Positions 47,701 through 60,718 of a stretch of 64,000 nt of DNA are shown here, piece after piece (within the stretch, counting starts at the first letter, position 1; each line of letters begins with the position of its first letter). The position numbers were made by a program, and so were the translations under genes. The notes under the pieces are model-generated. The model had not been told where the DNA came from, searched no databases, and saw nothing but the letters and a program-made list of their open reading frames with translations. Source of the stretch: Tubulanus polymorphus (lineage: Eukaryota; Animalia; Nemertea); contig NC_134034.1 in the NCBI RefSeq assembly GCF_964204645.1, forward strand, positions 8,816,962 through 8,880,961, in the 5' to 3' direction.

Positions 47701-50610
47701 ATGCCTCGTCGTTGTGTTTACTACAATTGTAGTTCAAGTAATCGCTCTTTGTTCTGGTGGCCACGGGATACGGTTATTGCGCGTAAATGGACCGCATTTG
47801 TGAGCAGAAAGAGAGCACAATGGAAGCCCTCATCCACGAGTGTATTGTGTGGGAGGCACTTCACCAACGATTCATTTACGAACTATTCAATGTTTACTTC
47901 AGGATTCGCGACTAAGTAAGTCTTTTAACATTCAATATTTAAAATAGAAGCAGTATTGCTATCTCATTCTTTTCATCAGGTCAGGTTAAAAAGTGTTTCA
48001 GTACACGGAAACTGGGTCAGGTCCTTTCTTTGTTCATTGCTTCGTTTAGACATGTTTTCTGACTAACTGGTCTAGTAACTGCCTTCCCGACTCATTAATT
48101 GATGTATCATGGCTGGTTTTACAAGCTGCTCATATTGATTGCCTGAGGACTAAATGGACCTCCTGACTCGATGTTAGGTCTACACTTAAAACCTTGAAGC
48201 CTAATCTAGTATGCAAGTATAACTATCATATTTTGAATTCCATTTAGATTACATTTGAAGCCAGATGCCATCCCTACCATTCACATAAATGACGACGATG
48301 ATAACAGTCAATCAGATACCACTAAAAGACCAACGTACGCAAAACGAAAAAGAAAAGAGTTGGTGGAAACTTTAGTAGCTGATACAGTATCTAACGAAGA
48401 GTTACAGCCTTCTACATCAACCGCTGAAACGTCATACAGTCCGACAGCTGATACATCAACCAGTCCAACATCATCACCAGATAGGCCTCCCAAGTTTGTC
48501 GAAAAATCGTCACAGAAAGATATTGAAGCAGAAACCAAAGGTAAATTTCACTATATCATAAAAAATTCATGCTACAATAATTTTCTGGCATTCCATTTAT
48601 ATTTTCAACCTGATTTTTAGAAATTATGTTGTGAAAAAGTCTGTAGGTTATCTGAGAATAATTGGCGTATTGTTAATCGATGTTTTATTTGTGTCATTAA
48701 AGGTAATCAAACGCTTGCATGGAGACCGAAATGTAATCGACGACACTATCCGAGTCAGGGTAAATTAACAAGGAAGAAAACAACTGGCACACAAATGACC
48801 CCTAAAATGTTTAAGCCTTCGTATGATAGCACCGATACCGACGTATCCAGCGATGACGAATACTTCGACGATGATTCCGATTATGATCCAGGTGAAGATC
48901 CTAATGGATCATCTTCAACTGAATTTGACGATGAATAGTCCTTTATAATAATATTAGTTCTTACTTATAAGAATATAATCTTATTATTCATTTAGTCAAA
49001 TGAGGTAACGTCATCAAACGCTATGGAAATAGAAGGTCTGAAACGTGCTGCAGAACGATTGAAGACATACGAAATCACAGCTTTCATTAGCGATATGCAC
49101 CCTTCAGTGCATAAGTGGGCTCGAGACACCTGGAAAGTATCTCATTACTTTGATACCTGGCATTGTGTGAAGGGTAAGTCAATTATCAAATCAGAATCCT
49201 GTTATAACATCCCGCTCTACTTTGAATCAATATCAATTTCACTTGGTGTTAACTCATTCTGGTATGAGAGCAACAGACATTTATTTTCTGTGTAATATTA
49301 TGTTTTGCAGCAGTGATTAAGAAACTCGAGAAACTCAGTAAAAAGAAAGGTCTCGAAGATATCCAAGCTTGGATACAAAGTATCCGAGTTCACCTGTATT
49401 GGTGCGCTATGTCGTCGAAACCTGGGGACCATGAGGATATAAAACGAAAGTGGGAAACCTGTTTGGAACATATTTCAAACAATCATGAAAACTGTATGCA
49501 TGGAGATTATGAAAAGAAAAAAAAAATGGATATTACCAGGTATCTATGATAACCAAAAGTCTTCATAAGCTATTGACTTGATACATGGGTGATTAGTTGC
49601 ATTTTACATGTACATATTATATTTCGTCATTTTTCTAGATACATATGCCGCAAGTGAGCTCGAGAAAGTAATGAAAAACACCAGAACAGTGAATCAAATC
49701 GGAAATATGTCATCGTATGGTCAGACGAGCTCTGTAGAAGCATTTCATAATGTGTTAAACCACTTTGCACCTAAGATGATTCACTTTTCATATATTGGAA
49801 TGCTTAGCAGGTTAGTAAAAAGTAGCTGTGAATAGCTTCAACTTGTTAAAACACTCAACATTCGTCTAATAAATTAGTGTCTTTCTTTAATTTTTTTAAT
49901 TTCCATAAACCTAAAGTGCGTGGGACATGAACCTGAGACTTATAAATCCTTCGTGGCTTTGTTTTGGTTCCAACTCGCTAGTGTTGCCATCTTTTGGTTT
50001 TTATTTTAACTTACTACATCTGTATGATTTCAAACCAGGCGATATGGAATAAATAAAATATTCAGATAATATTGTCACATAAAATATGAAAAATGATTTC
50101 ATTTTTAGGATGTGCACAGCAATCTTGCATTACAACGAAAATAGCGGCAGACTTCAAGCTAAAACTAAAGATGGGAATGAGCGTTTCACTGTATTTTATC
50201 CAAAACACAAAGATGGTCACACGCTTCGTAGAATATTGACCAAAGCAACATATGGTAGGTCACAATTGGATGCATATTAGAACCCTTTGATCATCGATAG
50301 TTTATAAACATATCATTGAAGCCTGTCTATAATTGAAAGCGGATCCTCATTTGCTTCATCAAATATCTTTTTAGGTTATGTCGATGAATGCGTTGTTGCA
50401 GCAATAAAGATTGCAAACAAGGAAGTCGAAGTGAGTGATTACTGTACTCCTCCACCTCATTTGAGTTCTCAAAAAGTGAAAGTAACCAAGGAAGAAGCCA
50501 TAAACCAGCATTTGTCTCGCTTCAAGAAAGTTACAGAAATCGTGCAATCGAAGCCTCAATCCTCAGGACCAACACAGCAACAGAAGAGAAAAAGATCAAA
50601 TAAACTGTAA
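47701..50610 (+). pseudogene. Spliced THAP-domain Kolobok DDE transposase with the central part missing
   Basis: THAP (C..C..WP..W..LCGRHF..DAIPTI); SNAMEIEG, SDMH, FDTWH, HLYW, TSSVEAFH, HFAPK, LHYNEN exons with GT-AG introns; stop at 48937 and frameshift at ~49520. Confidence 0.85.
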
Positions 50611-50705
50611 TCAAGATAACGATTAATGAAAAACTAATTCCTGAAATAATTTGTCCGTTTTATTTAATAAAGATACTTATATTATTATTTACACACATAA
50701 TTCAC

Positions 50706-51806
50706 TTAGTCGTCCAGTTTTGGCAGCCTGAATCCTTTATAAATGGCGAATTCTTCATCACCGTCTTTCGGAAAGTGTGCCCGGATGCACGAAACAACAC
50801 AAGATGGCAAAGTAACCCTTATCTTAGGTCCACAGAATCCCCAGCACCAACGAACAAACTGGCGATACGCAATATGTCTGTATTTATCATTGGTCTGGCC
50901 TTCAAATGCTCTTCTGCCGTATTGGTTTCTATAACCACTCCAGGCTGTTTGAAGAACCCAGACATGTAGGCACACCCCCTTAAATCCATCGGTGTCAGTG
51001 ATGCAGTTGTATTCCCTGGAATCGTATCCTTCGAGTTCTCGAATTTTCCCGGCAACAACATCTATCTCACTGCAACACACACATTCCGGTTCTGTTGTTA
51101 GAATTTGACAATGGGTACATGTACACCTGTGAAAATAAATTAAAACATTCCATCAAGACATGAAAGGTGGATCTAATTATTTCTCGTCTGGGTCTAACTG
51201 CAGTTTGGGTCACCTTTCCACTGTGTGACGCTAGTTGTTAACGTAAGGTTAGGTACATAACCATTAGGGACACCTAAACTGCAGTCACTCCCTGGTCTGG
51301 AATGAGATATCGGGTAGGCTTTCTAGCAGTCTCTGATTGCCGTTTTAGATGGCTTAGTTAGTTTATACTGAATTCCTTAGATACCGGCTGTACAAAAAAA
51401 AACTACAAAAGACTATAGAAAGCCTTCTGTTTTACTATTGGTTGACGGATGAATTTAATAACCGAATCCACCATTATCCTTAGATTGTGTCGCCCCATAC
51501 TTTGTTAACAACAATAGAAATCCCTTACCATTCATTGAACCGATGAACATCTAATCTAGAGATTCTATCCGGTCTATTGTCCGGTCTAGCGCCGTCTTCG
51601 TCATCGTCTGATGCATCAGGCTCGTACAAATACGGCGGCTCTGCAGCATTAAAAACGTCCATATCGGGCCCCATTTCGCCCACCTCAATTTCAGATGATA
51701 GTGCACTTTCATCTGAGAATTCTCTTTCGCTTATATTTTCGCTCACTTCGCTAGATGAGGATGAATAGTCGGAGGAATAATCACTGCATTCTCTATTGTC
51801 GGCCAT
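50706..51806 (-). CDS. kolX: KolX (P2X7 C-terminal ballast-like Cys-rich protein); exons 51806-51529 and 51126-50706, 232 aa
   Basis: Spliced WCTCTHC...ECVCC..E; YRHIAYRQFVRW...RVTLPSCVV..IR..FP; intact frame. Confidence 0.88.
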
Positions 51807-52041
51807 TTTGTTTCTGTTTGTTGTTCTCGGTTATACGTCATTCGATGACGTCATTGCCAACGCACGTGGCAATGTAGTCAAATGTAAACAAATCATCGGA
51901 ATTTCTATTAAAAGTCGTATTTAGACCAGTTAGCTAAACCGTAGAAATGTTTTATTGATATCAGTCCAATCTACGATGATTCATCTACCAAATTAATCAT
52001 TAAGAATGCAAAACCTGACTTATGTGTCACAAATCCTTTAA

Positions 52042-55000
52042 GGATTCGAATTCGTCGCTATAGTATTTTCTTTGTTGACATCGGATTAGAACTTCCGTAG
52101 CTATTTCTAGCGATTTGACTGATGGTCTTTTGACCTTAAGTTTGATCAAGGCCGCTTTAACGATCTGCCTAGGTTGACCATCTATTCTACGTCGCATTTC
52201 TGCCTTAGATTTCAAATATGATTTCACGGAAATAAACCAACCAACCGCGCGCCTGAGTCGATGCCAATTAGAATAATGATTTATCACTCTATCTAGACCT
52301 GATTCTTCCGTAACACTGGTGACACCGCAATGTTTCACCTCTGAGTCGCACTCAGTGCCGATAATTTCACAGTCTATAGGCCAATTTTCTTCGGATTCGT
52401 AGAGAAACGATGGGCCATTAAACCATCTATTCTCTCGTTGTTCATCTATAATAGTAAACCCACGTGAGGCATCATCTGCCGGATTGAGTTCAGTATTTAC
52501 GTAGCGCCAATTACTTATATCGGAACCCTCTCGTATCGCTGACACTCGATTTGCAACAAACGTACGATATCTCGCGGTTTCATTTCTCAGATACCCTAAA
52601 ACTACTTTACTATCAGTCCAGTAAATCAAATCATCCACTTTAATATCTAACTCTCTGATGATCGCTAGACTCAGCTTAACTGCAGTAAGGGCGGCGGTCA
52701 ATTCGAGACGTGGGATCGTAGTGACCTTAAGCGGAGCCACGCGAGACTTTCCGAGCACAAGCATACACGATACATTTCCCTGTGAGTCTGTGGTCCGCAT
52801 GTAAGTGGCGACACCATAACCCGATTCGCTTCGCATCAGCAAAACAGTGTTACTGACACTGTTCCACCTCTCCAAAGTTACACGGATTGTAACAACGACG
52901 TATTCTTAATTTATTTACACGCTGAATACTCTGTAGCCTCGTAGCCCAGATTTCACGCTCTGATTGTAGTAGTTCGTCATCCCAGCCAGCATCTCTGCGA
53001 CACAATTCCTGTAGAAGAATTTTAGCAGGCAGTATGTATGGTGCCAGAAAGCCAATTGGATCATATATACCGCTCACATAAGATAGAATAGAAAGTCTCG
53101 TAGGAATAGTATCTGAAGTCTCGATATCGAATTTGAATACATCAGACTCAGCGCACCATAATATGCCCAGCGTACGTTCAGCTGGGAGACTAAAGTCGTT
53201 AGAGTTCATATCAGCTACATTTTTTGACAACTTTGCTTCGTCTATTGATGAAAGAACGCAACGACTATTGCTTAACCGTCCTGTTAAGCAAAATCCTCCG
53301 CAATTACATAGATTACTTACGCCCGCAACGAGGTCTAGGGCTTCGCTTTCAGTTTTAACTGATTTAATGAAATCGTCGACATAAAAGTTTCTTAAAACAC
53401 ACTGGCGGACTGATTCTGCAAAGTCGGTATTGTCATAAACCGTCTGGTGGAGTGCATAGTTAGCACACGATGGAGATGATTTTGCTCCGAACGGATGAAC
53501 AGTCAAACGATAAATCACCGGGTCGGTTTTCATGTCTCCGTCTTTCCACCATAGGAATCTAAGCAGATTGCGATCTTCAGGTGGTACGTGTATTTGGTAA
53601 AACATCTTAGTTATATCCGCCTTTATGGCTATTGCATTTTCCCGAAATTTAAGTAGTACGCCTAATAATGAATTCGTAAAGTCAGGTCCTTGTAAAAGAC
53701 AATCGTTCAATGAAACTCCGAAAAACTTGGAGGAACCATCGAAAACGACCCGTACTTTTCCTTGTTTTGCTGCATGCAACACCGCGTGGTGCGGCAAGTA
53801 CCATGTTTTTCCGGAAACAGCGACATCGTACAATGGTACTGGCTCAGCATGCCCCAGTTCAAGCATAGTGTCGATAACAAGTTTATAACTATCGTATAGT
53901 TTCGCATCGCTAACTAACTTCCTCCTGAGACTATTCAATCTGCGCTCCGCGTAACAACGATTATCAGGTAAACAGACGTTTTCCGACACAACAGGCAACC
54001 CAATACTATAGTGGCCATCACGCAAATTTATCGATTTATCGACTTGCTTGAGGAAACGCTTATCTAATTGCGACAGTTCTTGTTTCTCAGTACCAAAATG
54101 ATCCGGAAAGTCCAAGGCCATCGCGCCACGAACTAGATTTTCTAGGTTTTGGTCGTGAACTTCTGTAATGGCTATACTAGCGGTAAAGAAGGAGCTCGCC
54201 TCCTTAGGGCACAGGTTCCAAACGACCCAGCCTAGAGCGGTCTTACAGGCATGCGGAGAACCAGGAGGTCCCGTACGCATCTCTACTGGCGTATATGCCT
54301 CTGCGATATTATTACCGATTAGAATTCCGATTTGTTTACAAGGTAATTCAGCGACACTAACATCGTGAAGATGCGGCCATTTTCGAACATCTTCAAGGTT
54401 CGGTACATACCTTGACGATACGGGAATGTCAGCCTTTGAATAGGCTCGCGGAATTAAAACAGATTCGCCGGTCCAATAATTGTGAACAGATATATTATTT
54501 AATGCGTATGATTCGATTACATTGACACTATCGATTGTCTGTACCGACAATGTACTTTTCTTTCCCGAACAATTCAATTGTTCACGAATCTGATCACTAA
54601 CAAACGTGATGGTACTTCCAGGATCGAAGAACGCATATGTCGTGACGGATTTTGTACCATTTTTAGTACTCAAGCGCACTGGAATGATTGCTAACGAGCA
54701 GCTACTTTGGACTCCTGTATGCCCCGTGAGTCCTGTTTCGCTAGGGCCGGTAACTGACGAATTTATACGATCACGAAAATGTAGCACGGTGGGGTGGCTC
54801 TTACCACATTTCTCACATACCATTAAATTTCTACAAAACTTCTTACGATGACCGGTCCTTAAGCATCCAAAGCATAGTGAGTGACGTTTCAATAGTTCCG
54901 TTTTACTTTCATCGGTGTCTTTTTCGAAAGACTGACAATTTAGAAGATTATGCGATTCGTCTTTACAGAAAATGCATGGTCTGCTAATACTATTTGCTGA

Positions 55001-56274
55001 TTCGCTCGGATTCGATTCGACCTTGTTAAAACGGAATTTATCGTCGGCGGTTCTACGTTTTTCACTATAATTAGCCTTGTGTGCACTAATAGTGAAGCTT
55101 CCAGACGGACGAGGACTTGGTTTTTTATACGGAGCCGGTTTTACGCTATCAATCAGCGATGTGCTTTTACCGTAAATTGGATCATTAAGCTTTCTAGACT
55201 CACGACTGACGAATTTAACAAAAGCTTCAAATGTAACCGATTCTTTGTTATCTCGAATTCGAATGACCTGGTTACGCCAACGATCATGTAGGTAGTACGG
55301 TAACTTCAACATAAGCCCTTTAATGTTCGAAGAATATTCTAAGACGCGAACGCCATCTATGTGCTTGACCGCATACAAACACTCGGTGAGAAAGATCGAA
55401 AATTTATCTAACTCCTTCGGTCGATCAGGTTTAATCAATGGCCAGCTGAGTGCCTTGGCTATGAAAGCGTTTGCGATTACCTCTGTATCTCCATACCTAA
55501 CTTCAAATTCTAACCCAGCTTGATACCCGGTAGCTGGCTCTAAATAGCTGAATCCGCTTACTATATCGTGTGCTTCGCCAGAGGTAAACTGCTCCAAAAA
55601 GTTCATTTTCTCTGCTGCATCCGAAGTGTAACGTACAATGTGGCTGTCTAACTGACGCAGAAATTTTCTAAACTTTAGTGGGTCGCCACTAAATTTCTGC
55701 ACCGTTGTGTGTGGTTAACGCAATTCTTGAACAATCGCAAGCGTGCCGTTAGGATCGGATGCTGGTCTATCGGGTGTATTACTCCTCGCTTCAGATACCG
55801 ATGAGTCAGTTTGCTTCAGACTAACGTTTTCTACAGCGTTGTTTGACACGAAATCAATAGGTGTATCATATTTTTCCAATATATTAGATCGCGCTTCAGT
55901 CTTTTTCATTTTAGTTAACAATTCTAGTCGTCAAACCGTCTTCTCGCTATATTAAGTTTCATTTCTAACGCTTTAAAATCTGCTGCTAATTCAGCTTTAC
56001 GTTGTTCTTCTCGAATACGCATAGAACGGACAGAGGATGTTGTTTGACCAGATGCAACTGACTCATTTTCGGATTGGCCGTCATTGTTAACGGGAATGGT
56101 TTCTTTTATTACGTGACTAGATTCTGCGACCCATTCTTGAACCCTTTTTCTAACTGTGATTTCATCATCTGAGTTTGAGCAGTCTCCAGGCAGTGAAACA
56201 CCTGCCGTTCCGAGTGCTGGCATAACACGGCCAACTGGAGTCCTATATGCGACTAATGAATGACTCTTCTTCAT
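52042..56274 (-). pseudogene. BEL/Pao gag-protease-RT-RNase H polyprotein with a few stops and frameshifts
   Basis: Cys/His knuckles, FDPGS protease, WYLPHH, KVRVVFD, FYVDD, IPRLEL, NPADDASRG. Confidence 0.95.
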
Positions 56275-56957
56275 TTTACTAATACTACGGCGTGTCGTTA
56301 ATGATGTGGGGCTTAGAACCTTCTTAGCTAAGAATAAACTAAAAATCCACGGTATTTAGTTCAAGGTCGTCATATGCGTTTATTACAGCGGAAACGATTA
56401 ACTACAAAATACAAAAAAGGGAATATAAGGACACTTAGTATTTAAGATATTAAAGCAAAAGATAAAAAATGAAGTGAAACCTACCGACAGTGAAGCCACA
56501 GCGACAAAAATAATAAAACTATGCGCCCAAAGCGCCCGAAAGACAATCCCCGCGAACACGCCAAAAAATATCTCCACCGACCTTGGGGAGACGGACCGCA
56601 GGCCGGACCAGCGTAAACTAAAACGAGCAGCCGGCTGGGGGCATACATTACATAGCTAATTTATCTAATGTATTTATGACGCCAGTGTTATTTGTAATAT
56701 TGATAGTTTGTGGTTGTTCTGATTCCATTTATTATACATATTTTTTTACTAAATTGATTTTAGAAGTTCAATGATTTATATCATGTATTATTTCAATCAT
56801 ACTTTACTAACACTTTTAATGTTTAAAAAACTCATACAAATATAAATATTGAAATAATGTTGTAAATATATCTATATATCTATTCTATAAGAGCTTACAC
56901 TTTCATATTGAATAATCTGTCAATTTAAATGTTATTCATATATATGATTATTTTAAG

Positions 56958-57224
56958 AGTAATAGGGGTAATAGGCTTTCAGGATAAAGGTTGAACGGGC
57001 GGGTGAGTAAAAAATGGAAAACATGAAAATAATAACAATTTCTACTTGAATTAGGAGTGAAACTCATAAAAATGAAAAATAAATTCGAGCGTGTGAGAAT
57101 TTATTTTTCATTTTTATAAGTTTCGCGAGTAATTCAAGTAGAAATTGTTATTATTTTCATGTTTTTCATTTTTACGAGCTCGACCGTTCGACCTTTGTCT
57201 TGAAAGCCTATTACCCCTATTACT
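56958..57224. repeat. ~267-nt imperfect terminal palindrome of the Polinton right end
   Basis: AGTAATAGGGGTAATAGGCTTTC...AAATAAATTC-GAGCGTGTGA-GAATTTATTT...GAAAGCCTATTACCCCTATTACT. Confidence 0.9.
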
Positions 57225-57479
57225 GATATATATACAATCCAGAGACAAAGAGACTAATTCAAGTAATCAGAGATGATACAAACTAAAGGAAAATTAACGT
57301 AGAAACAGTTACACGCTAAAATAGATTAAAGGGAAGCAAACTAAGGGGTAATTATAAACAACAATAGTGAGTATAAATATAAATGAAACTTGAAGTCAGT
57401 AGTAAAAAGAAAGACAAACTAGGGGGCACTTAAATTAAAACGAAGGTGAATACAAGTTAAGTCAGAGACGAAATTGATG

Positions 57480-58998
57480 AGAGAACAAATAACAAATAAT
57501 CAAAGGGGAAATCAAGTGTTGAGTTTAACCAGTTTACAGAGGAATTTTGATATAAGTTTATTATGGGGTGAAAAACCATTACAACGTTGTTCGAATTTTC
57601 AATAATTAATGCAGATTCCAAAATATGTCTTCTAGTTTTATCGCTGCAAGGGTAAATTAATTCAGCATTAGCAAAATCAAAATTGTGTGAAGTCTGAAAA
57701 ACATGACTAGCAACTCCGCTTTCAGGTTTAAAGTTTTTTACATCTATTTATGCTCTTTTATGCGTTGATTAAGGTTCCGACCTGTTTCTCCTATATATAC
57801 TTTGTCGCAAACTTTACAAGGTATTTTATAAATTCCACAGTTTAGGGATTCGGTTTTCGGTTTGTTATTAATCAATATGTTACTAAGTTTATTATTGTAT
57901 TTAAAGATAAGTTGTTTATTTAGTGACCGAAGAGAAACTTTAGAATTCTCGAGGAAAGGTACATACGGTACAATGATAGGCTGTTAATCGGTAGCCAACG
58001 TAGGAGTTCTAAGGTTGTTATTGCTAAAATGCGTAGTACGAGCTTTAAGTAGAGCTTTTTTCAATAGGAAATCGGGGTAGGCAAGTTTTTTGAGAGATTG
58101 GTTAATATGTTGAATTTTCATCGGGTAGAAATGAGGGGTCGCAAATTCTCAAAGCGCGAAGAAATAATCCTTGAGCTAAACCGAGTTTAACATCCGGAGA
58201 AGTAAAAGAGAAGTAATTGAGGTAGGATTCAGCGTTGGTAGGTTTCCTATAAACCGCGAATTTCAAACAGGATCCACAGTTAAAAATCAAAACATCCAGA
58301 AAAGATTTTTTTCTATTAGATTCCCATTCATACGTAAAAGCCAGAGACGGGTAAAGGGAGTTTAAATATATAAGAAAGTTATCAACATTGAAGTCAAAGG
58401 GAACCAATGCCAGAACATCGTCAACATATCTGAGCCAGATTTTAGGGTGAATATCAGTATAAAGAGGCAATATTTCAGATTCAACATGTTCTAGGAATAA
58501 ATTAGCTAGAATAGGACTAAGAGGATTTCCCATAGCGATACCGAATGTCTGTTCGTAAAAACAATTGTTGAATTCAAAAAATGAGTCCATCGTACAAATA
58601 GAGATAAGGTCGATGATACAATCCGTAGGAATGCCGAAGTTAATATTAAGTGATGGTAATCTGCGTTTTAAGAAATCAAGAGTAGGTCCAAGAGGAACAT
58701 TGGTAAAAAGGGAAGTAACATCAAATGATATAAATTTGTCGTTGCCAGGGATGATATTCTTAATACGTTCAAGTAAGTGTTGATTATGGCGAAGGTGCGA
58801 CGGAGAGAACGAACCGAGCACCGGAGATAACTGTTTCGCGAGATATTTAGATAACCGGTATGTAGGAGAATTACAATTGGAGACTATAGGGCGCAGTGGA
58901 ACATTATGTTTATGAATTTTAGGCAATCCATAGATATATGGTAAAGAGGGAAGACGTGAATGGAACTTATTCAGAGTTTCTTTAGCCGAGGGGAAACG
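57480..58998 (-). pseudogene. Penelope-like RT + GIY-YIG endonuclease, frameshifted
   Basis: YGLPKIHK, LRPIVS, SFDVTSLFTNVP, GIAMGNPLSP, RYVDD, VYRKPT; GIYKIPCKVCDKVYIGETGRNLNQRIKEH at ~57840-57750. Confidence 0.93.
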
Positions 58999-59465
58999 TT
59001 AGGTGCCAATATAATAACATGCCAAAATGTACGGTGTTCGAACTTCGCTGAATCGATGAACCAATGAATCGCTGAATTATAAGATAATTATCAGTTTTCT
59101 CCAACTAAACTCTTTTTCTCAAATTATCGTAAACCAACGTTACCAATACTTGAATTTGGAAGTGAATGCGGGCTAGAACCAACAAAGGTACCGGTTTAAG
59201 GTGCAGATATACAGGGAATCCCTCTCATAGCGACCAACACAGTTGTATATCCCTTCTTTGCCGATTAGTAAATAATTTTTGATCTAAAGGACTACAGGAC
59301 CCGAAGAAGTCGAAAATACTCTAAAGCGTGTTAACTGTAGCTAAATCAAGAACTTCCACAATAGAATTTTGTATCATGAAATTTATTATAGTTAAACTAT
59401 AACGTTTCGGCTGTTGACTGACAGCCATCTGACTAAAAGCCCTTATCACTAGGAATGTCTCCATT

Positions 59466-59510
59466 CCACCTGATGATGGATGTTAGTCAACAGTCGAAAC
59501 GTCGCGGTTT
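59466..59510 (+). ncRNA. Minimal hammerhead ribozyme-like motif inside an inverted repeat (59348-59560)
   Basis: CTGATGA-stem-GAAACGTC at 59470-59503; partial inverted copy at 59401-59429. Confidence 0.6.
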
Positions 59511-60718
59511 CAAATTTAACAAATTTTATATTATTCAAAATTCTATTACAGGATTTCTTCATTCATGACCCCAGGGACGATCAGCAAAGGCTGTTACCAT
59601 AATCCAAACGAAATCTTGAATACCATACAAAGTTTCTTCTATTAAAATTCGATCAAATATGGGCACAATTTAGATGATTTCTTTAGAATGTTAAAAATCC
59701 ACATGGATATAGCATATTTTGTTTAGAAAAATCAATGATTTCCCGAAATTAGAATCCAGGGAAATTCGAACACTCCGAAATGCACATCTTAATTTAAGAT
59801 GCGAAGACATCCAGGCCCCCGTTGAAAATAAACCACCATTTCAATAATGAGAGGTTAGCCTAAATCTATGATTGCGCTTTTAATCTAAGAATTTAAATAA
59901 AAAATAAATGCAGACCTATGCTTGAAAATAGCTGCATTTGTTCAAATTGAATTCTTTATTCAGTAGAGTTTTCCATATGTTTATATTGTCACGTATCACT
60001 GCTAATTTGAAGCATATGTTGCTATAGTGTATTTATAACAGGGAATCTGGCAAGCGATCTCAAAATGGTCACTTTTCAATAGTTGACTTTAAGAAACGAT
60101 GTGTTTTGAGAGTAGCTGCTATGGTAGGAGTTACTATCACAAAGTCACTGTTAACAGGCGGGTGGTTTTACAGTCACTTCTACTGCTAGTGTGCGCTATC
60201 GAAACCAGATGTTTCAAAATGGTCACTTTTCAATAGTAGACTCTTTGAAACAGCCACTAAAGAAAACCAACCGAATTGAAAGGAATACTATTTCAGAGTG
60301 ACTGTTTTGAAATGTATACTACTGGAAAAGTAGCCGATATCGTTAATTGCTTATTGTTCTCAAGTGGCTACTAAGTAAAAGTAGACGTTTGGGCTCAAAA
60401 GTGCGATAGACATGTTCTTGGATTCAGCCTTTCATATATATACCCCTGGTGGTAGTCTGAAACACTACAACAAAAAATAATTCGCGCAATAAAACCTTGA
60501 TTTTCGCTTACCAAGCATTATAATTGTATAACATAAAAAATAGTGAAGTTATCAAACACAACAAAAACAAATTCAATATCTTTAGAACAAACAACTGTAG
60601 GCCTACTCATGTATAACAATAACTGCGTATAAACTCACGTAGAACCAATAAATGCATATAAAGTCATGTAAAATTGCAATATCTAGTTTTTCTTTTAGTT
60701 GGTTGGTAGCCGGTTCAT

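Larger units (their letters stand above)
47405..52037. mobile_element. Kolobok DNA transposon
   Basis: TIR AGGATTTGTGACAC / GTGTCACAAATCCT; TTAA TSD (47401-47404, 52038-52041); removal restores BEL ...FESLKKDEKK...; convergent transposase and KolX. Confidence 0.95.
45373..56652 (-). mobile_element. BEL/Pao LTR retrotransposon, ~6.6 kb without the Kolobok
   Basis: ~350-bp LTRs 45373-45724 and 56305-56652 (TG...CA, few differences); 5-bp TSD TAGCT; G-rich PPT next to 45724. Confidence 0.97.
44817..56728 (-). pseudogene. HNH/endonuclease VII-like gene of the Polinton, split by the BEL insertion (56728-56653 + 45367-44817)
   Basis: Removing the insertion and one TAGCT gives MESEQ...DKLAITEFNKRKISKDGFQYCCKTC...HIDHVLP...WNWKNLRPLEKKENIIKSNK in frame, with one internal stop. 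Confidence 0.85.
29872..57224. mobile_element. Polinton/Maverick (adintovirus-like) endogenous virus, ~16.1 kb without the BEL insertion
   Basis: 5'-AGTAATAGGGG...CCCCTATTACT-3' termini; 6-bp TSD GATATA (29866-29871, 57225-57230); TIRs to ~30193 and ~56764; pPolB, capsids, ATPase, integrase. Confidence 0.97.
29700..58998 (-). mobile_element. 5'-truncated Penelope-like retroelement split by the Polinton
   Basis: RT and GIY-YIG at 57.5-59.0 kb; its 3' region continues across the GATATA TSD to a hammerhead-like motif and AATAAA at 29.8 kb; outer boundary approximate. Confidence 0.7.
28432..60442. mobile_element. Non-autonomous TIR element in a (TA)n site, expanded by nested insertions
   Basis: ~200-bp near-identical inverted repeats 28432-28633 and 60241-60442; shared subterminal motif AAGTCAACTATTGAAA(G/A)GTGACCAT. 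Confidence 0.8.

Noticed and set aside
47701-48620. Host THAP transcription factor
   Set aside because: It is the N-terminus of the Kolobok transposase within TTAA-flanked TIRs
50706-51806. Host P2X7 purinoceptor gene
   Set aside because: Only the Cys-rich C-terminal-like domain is present, inside Kolobok TIRs; this is KolX
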